Source: a virus
Length of the DNA: 44,729 nucleotides
Virus record (IMG/VR): IMGVR_UViG_2049941001_000006
Coordinates: 1 to 44,729 of that record
Direction: 5' to 3' (one strand)
Part shown: piece by piece, positions 40,891 to 44,729 of the stretch
How the letters are laid out: the number at the start of each line of letters is the position of its first letter
How positions within the stretch are numbered: the first letter of the stretch is position 1
Program-made: the position numbers and the translations under genes
Notes under the pieces: generated by a model
Databases searched by the model: none
What the model saw: the letters and a program-made list of their open reading frames with translations, nothing else
Told to the model about the DNA's origin: nothing

Positions 40891-41337
40891 ATGTTCCGAT
40901 TCGCCGATCTGGGGCGCGTCTGGATGCCGGTGGAGCTGCCCGCGGGCGAGCACACCTCCACCGTGCATCTGCTGGTGGAGGTGATGACGCGGCGCGAGCT
41001 GCGCGCCCGCGAGCGCCGCATCACCGAAACGACGGGCCGCCGCCTGACCGACGCCCCCCCGCGCACGCCGGACGAGCTACTGCAGGCGTTCGACGCGGTG
41101 GTGCAGGCCGAAGATGACGACCTGCTGCTGCTACGCGAGCGCGTGCTCGACTGGCGCGGCATCGAGGACCCCGACGGCCAGCCGCTGGCGTTCAGCCGCG
41201 ACCGGCTGGACGCGGTGCTGGCGATCGACGCGTTGTTCCGCCCGATCCGCGAGGCCTATTTCCGCGCATCACGGGAGGGCGTGGGAAAAAACTCATCGCC
41301 TGGGCCCGCTGGAACGCCGGCGCGGGTCCAGGCCTGA
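40891..41337 (+). CDS. Tail assembly chaperone (gpG-like)
   Basis: The gene lies directly upstream of the tape measure. It contains the slippery heptamer G GGA AAA 48 nt before its stop. Confidence 0.75.
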   Translation: MFRFADLGRVWMPVELPAGEHTSTVHLLVEVMTRRELRARERRITETTGRRLTDAPPRTPDELLQAFDAVVQAEDDDLLLLRERVLDWRGIEDPDGQPLAFSRDRLDAVLAIDALFRPIREAYFRASREGVGKNSSPGPAGTPARVQA

Positions 41338-41705
41338 CAACGACGGGGGAGCGCCTGTGGGATTTCGAGAATCGATACGGCGACAGCTTCACCCATCGCG
41401 CCTGCGCCGCCTGTGCGTCGGTCTGTGGCGACTGTCCGCAGCCCCGGCTGTTGCCGGATGCCTGGCCTGCGGTCCGCGCCTACCTGGCCTGCCGTACCCA
41501 GTGGGCCTACGCCCCCAGTGGCCTGCCGACCGGCCTGCGCTATGCCGATTGCACGGCCCTGTTGCGCGCACGTTGGGACGAGCTGGGGATCGCCCGCGCT
41601 GGCTGGCCCGCATTGCTCGCGGATCTGCAGGTGATCGAGCGCGCCATCGTCGATGCCGTGGCCGAGCGTCATGAGCAGGAGAGGGTGAGCCATGGCCGCG
41701 CGTAG
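40891..41705 (+). CDS. Tail assembly chaperone frameshift product (gpGT-like), -1 shift at 41283..41289
   Basis: The -1 frame is open from the slip site to 41705. Its distal part (..WPAVRAYLACRTQWAYAPSGLPTGLRYADCTALL..) resembles DUF1799 tail chaperone extensions, and there is no ATG or RBS for that ORF. Confidence 0.65.
41283..41289 (+). promoter_or_regulatory. Programmed -1 ribosomal frameshift slippery site GGGAAAA
   Basis: The zero-frame reads gtG GGA AAA aac, giving the X XXY YYZ pattern. Lambda G/GT uses GGGAAAG. Confidence 0.65.
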
Positions 41706-43914
41706 CTCCCGATTCCAGATCGAGTTCATCGTCGATGGCACGGGCAAGGTCCGGGCCGAGCTCGCGCAGGTGGCCGCCTCGGCCAAGGACAGCGCGAAGA
41801 CGGCCAACGAGGCCGGCCGCGATTGGGAGCAGTTCGGCGAGCGCATCGGCAAATCGCTGAGAACGGTGGCCGGGATCGTCGGCGGCGGCCTGCTGGCCGG
41901 GCTGGCCCTGGTGGCCAAGAACACCATGGACGCCCAGCAGGAACTGGCCCAGCTCGATGCCGTGCTGAAATCCAGCGGCCAGTCGGCCAGCTATTCGCGC
42001 CAGCAGCTGGTGGACATGGCCGACGCCATTGCCGCCGCCAGCACATTCAGCGGCGGCGAGGTGGTCAAGGCGGAAACGCGCCTGCTGTCCTACAGCGGCG
42101 TGGCCCGGGAGAATTTCGCCGAGGCGCTGCAGGTGGCGATCGATCAGGCTGCGCGCCTGGGCATCAGCGTCGAGCAATCGGCCGAGATCGTCGGCCGGGC
42201 CCTGGAATCGCCGACCAAGGCGGCGGCTGCCCTGGCGCAGCAGGGCTTCGGCGCCGCATTCACCAAATCGGTGCGGGATTCGATCCAGGCGCTGGAAGAC
42301 GCCGGGCGAGAGGCCGATGCGCAGAAGATCATCATCGACATCCTCAACGAGTCCTACGAGGGCGCTGCCCAGGCAGCACGGGACACGTTCGGCGGCGCCC
42401 TGGCTGCGCTGAAAAACACACTGAACGATCTCACCACGGGGGCCGACGGCAGCCTCGATGGGGCCACTCAGGCGGTCAACGACCTGATCGACACGCTCAA
42501 TGACCCGGCGGTGAAGGACGGATTCCAGAATCTGGTCAGCGGGGCCACGAACGCGGTCGGCTGGCTCGCCAAGCTCATGGCCACGGCGGGCAGCCTGACC
42601 AAGTTCATGGCCGAGCAGGTCGCCAGCACTGCCGCTGGCCCGAGCCTGGACGATACCGTCAGGATGGAGGAGGAGGCCGCCCGCATCCGCAAGCGCCTCG
42701 GCCACCTCAGCCAGTACAAGTCGGACACGGTGATCCGGCCGATCACCACCGGCTCCCGCGACCTGGCGATCCAGCGCGACCCGCAGGCCAGCCGGAATGT
42801 GCGGACGGTCGGCGACGAAATGGCATGGCTGAGCAACTACCTCAAGCAGCGCGAGGCCGCCGCCGATTCCCTGCGCGAGCTGGCCGCCGCCGCCGAGGCG
42901 GCGAAAAAGGCGGCAGAGGATGCCGCCTCGGCCTCGCCAGCGGCGCAGCCCGCGTCCCCCTCGGCCACGTCCAAGACGACCCGCACCAGCCGGCGTGGGA
43001 GCTCACGCGCCAGCGAACTGACCGACGAGGAGAAACAGGCCCAGCAGTTGCAGCGCACCTACGACGGTCTGCTGGCGAGCTACGAGCGCGAGATCGCGCT
43101 GTTCGGACAGACCGGCCGGGCGGCCCAGGTCAACTACGAAATCCAGCAGGGCGGCCTGAAGGGGGTGGGCCAGGCCCAGGCGGACTATCTGACGAACCTG
43201 GCACAGACCCTAGATGCGATGTCGGATTACGCCGCCATCTACGAGAGCGATTTTCTGAACCCGATGGAGGAGGCCACCAGCACCACCACTGACCGACTGA
43301 GTGCGTACTGGGATGAGACCGCACGGAACATCAACAACGCGCTGGCGGACATGATCTACGAGCTGGATTTCTCACTGTCATCGCTGGTGGACAGCCTGTT
43401 GCGCACGTTCGCCAACCTGGCGGCCTCCTCGCTGCTGGATGCGCTGGGTTCGTGGGGCAGCAGCAATGCCGGCAGGGGGGGCTGGCTGGGCTCGCTGGCC
43501 AGCGGGGTTTCCCGCCTGTTCGGCAGCAGCACCAGCGGCCGGGCCACCGGCGGCGGCGTCAACCGCTCGCGCATCTATCAGGTCACCGAGGGCGGGCGGC
43601 CGGAACTGCTCGAATCCAACGGCAACTACTACCTGATGCCGGGCAATGATGGCGTGGTGATGCCGGCCACGGCCGCGGCGGCCAGTGGTGCATCCCCCAC
43701 CGCCGCCGCGCCGGTGGTGAACATCAATTTCAAGGACGGCACGGGAACCGGCCTGCGCGGCGAGGTCACGTCCAGCAGCTGGAACGGCAGCTCGCTGGAT
43801 CTGCAGTTGCTGGTCTCCCAGGCAATTGCCATCGATGCCAGTCGCAACGGGCTCGGCACGCGCACGCTGCAGCGCACGCTCGGGCTGAGCCGCAAGGGGG
43901 CAACCAATGGCTGA
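41692..43914 (+). CDS. Tape measure protein
   Basis: 740 aa. It has the lambda-family TMP N-terminal pattern (..QLVDMADAIAAASTFSGGEVVKAETRLLSYSG..QAARLGISVEQSAEIVGRALESP..) and is long and helical. Confidence 0.9.
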   Translation: MAARSSRFQIEFIVDGTGKVRAELAQVAASAKDSAKTANEAGRDWEQFGERIGKSLRTVAGIVGGGLLAGLALVAKNTMDAQQELAQLDAVLKSSGQSASYSRQQLVDMADAIAAASTFSGGEVVKAETRLLSYSGVARENFAEALQVAIDQAARLGISVEQSAEIVGRALESPTKAAAALAQQGFGAAFTKSVRDSIQALEDAGREADAQKIIIDILNESYEGAAQAARDTFGGALAALKNTLNDLTTGADGSLDGATQAVNDLIDTLNDPAVKDGFQNLVSGATNAVGWLAKLMATAGSLTKFMAEQVASTAAGPSLDDTVRMEEEAARIRKRLGHLSQYKSDTVIRPITTGSRDLAIQRDPQASRNVRTVGDEMAWLSNYLKQREAAADSLRELAAAAEAAKKAAEDAASASPAAQPASPSATSKTTRTSRRGSSRASELTDEEKQAQQLQRTYDGLLASYEREIALFGQTGRAAQVNYEIQQGGLKGVGQAQADYLTNLAQTLDAMSDYAAIYESDFLNPMEEATSTTTDRLSAYWDETARNINNALADMIYELDFSLSSLVDSLLRTFANLAASSLLDALGSWGSSNAGRGGWLGSLASGVSRLFGSSTSGRATGGGVNRSRIYQVTEGGRPELLESNGNYYLMPGNDGVVMPATAAAASGASPTAAAPVVNINFKDGTGTGLRGEVTSSSWNGSSLDLQLLVSQAIAIDASRNGLGTRTLQRTLGLSRKGATNG

Positions 43915-44332
43915 TGATCTGCCGTGGTTCCCGATCAGCCTGCCACCGCCGTTGGTGGATGGCTACGACGAGAGCGGCGATGACGGGGTGCTGCGCTCCG
44001 AGTTCGACGGTGGCACCAAGACCAGGAGCAAGGACGTCGCGCCGCCGCCGCTGGAGGTTTCCGCGACCCTGCATTGTCGGCAGGTACACAAGGCGGTGCT
44101 GCAGGATTTCTGGCGGATCACGCTGCGTCGGAATGGCCGATTCTACTGGCCGGATTACACGCAGCCGCTCAACGCCCAGAACGTCGCGGTGTACAGCTTC
44201 GCGGCCCGGCCATCGTTCACGGCGACCCACTGGGATCGATTCAGCGCATCCCTCAGCCTCTACCGCCACCGCGAGGTGAACGGCGTGTTCTTGCTCGATT
44301 TCTACGACGAATCAGTGTGGCCGACGACATGA
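43907..44332 (+). CDS. Minor/distal tail protein (hypothetical)
   Basis: The gene overlaps the TMP stop, and the DUF1833 gene follows it. Its last 60 nt lie in the terminal repeat. Confidence 0.55.
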   Translation: MADDLPWFPISLPPPLVDGYDESGDDGVLRSEFDGGTKTRSKDVAPPPLEVSATLHCRQVHKAVLQDFWRITLRRNGRFYWPDYTQPLNAQNVAVYSFAARPSFTATHWDRFSASLSLYRHREVNGVFLLDFYDESVWPTT

Positions 44333-44729
44333 GCGAACTGGACGACACCATCGCCGCAGCGGTGCTGGCGCAGGACATGGCAGATGTCCCGCTGGCGCGC
44401 GTGCGATTCAACCTGCCCGACAGCCAGGTGCTGCGCTACGTCAACAGCGCGCAGGCCTGCGAGACGGCCGCCGGCACCTACCTGCCGGCACCCTTCGAGC
44501 TGGTGCTGCCGGCGGATGACGAGGGCGGCGACACCGGCGCCAGCCTGCGCATCGACCGCATCGACAACGACAGCGTGGATCTGCTGCGCACCATCGAGGG
44601 CATACCCACCAGCGAGATCGAGGTCTACATGGCCTCCGATCCGGAGACGCCCTTCTTCGGCCCGGTGCAGCTGCAGGTGCAGCAGGCCACCACCAGCGAG
44701 CCCAGCATCGAGCTGTCGCTCGGGCTGGA
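44273..44729. repeat. Terminal direct repeat, right copy (identical to 1..457); contains a partial duplicate of the DUF1833 gene from 44329
   Basis: Base-for-base identity with the window start. Confidence 0.95.

Larger units (their letters stand above)
1..44729. mobile_element. Complete temperate siphovirus-like phage / excised prophage genome, circularly permuted in this window
   Basis: ORF translations show a cI/Cro pair, integrases, SSB, TerL, portal, protease, capsid, G/GT chaperone, tape measure, gpJ-like tip and endolysin/holin/spanins. The window ends overlap by 457 bp. Confidence 0.9.

Noticed and set aside
41389-42705. 438-aa minus-strand ORF
   Set aside because: It is antisense to the tape measure gene, so it is a shadow ORF.
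1-44729. tRNA, rRNA or tmRNA genes
   Set aside because: No cloverleaf-like segments or T-loop GGTTCGA-type motifs were seen in the intergenic regions. This check was by eye only, and tRNAscan-SE would be decisive.

Overview
The window is a complete, circularly closed genome of a high-GC temperate siphovirus-like phage or excised prophage. Bases 1..457 are identical to 44273..44729, so the unique length is 44,272 bp. A perfect TTAG-N6-TACTA LexA box upstream of umuD suggests a Xanthomonadales-type host.

Gene order on the + strand unless noted:
- Tail tip and fibres, 57-7863: DUF1833 protein, NlpC/P60 peptidase, gpI/gpJ-like tip protein, FN3+Hint-domain fibre, SASA/SGNH-esterase fibre, LamG-like protein.
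- A minus-strand SOS cassette umuD-cho-umuC, 8207-10801.
- A lipoprotein moron, then the lysis cassette, 11403-13145: SLT endolysin, holin-like protein, i-spanin, o-spanin.
- A minus-strand lysogeny operon, 14710-13146: cI-like repressor, YajG-like lipoprotein, stand-alone MuF-like protein.
- Cro and a long early operon, 14793-25655: serine recombinase, Xer-like recombinase, beta-clamp homologue, two DNA methyltransferases, small-gene array, GemA-like protein, SSB.
- A minus-strand integrase with an AT-rich attP-like region, then a DUF1376 replication gene and a third tyrosine recombinase.
- Packaging, head and tail genes, 29560-44332, including a G/GT -1 frameshift and a tape measure protein.

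Most interesting observations:
1. Four exactly 60-bp hairpin repeats with integron attC (59-base-element) architecture separate five small ORFs in a lower-GC island of the early operon. No IntI-type integrase is present.
2. The repressor operon carries a lipoprotein translationally coupled to a truncated paralogue of the phage's own head-morphogenesis MuF domain.
3. A C5-cytosine methyltransferase carries seven tandem TRD-like repeats.
4. An SOS-boxed umuD-cho-umuC cassette is bounded by direct repeats.
5. An ori-like iteron cluster plus polypurine tract lies inside the replication gene.
6. A tail-fibre protein ends in a Hint/intein-like domain.

All functional calls come from reading the translations and motifs by eye. 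No searches were run.
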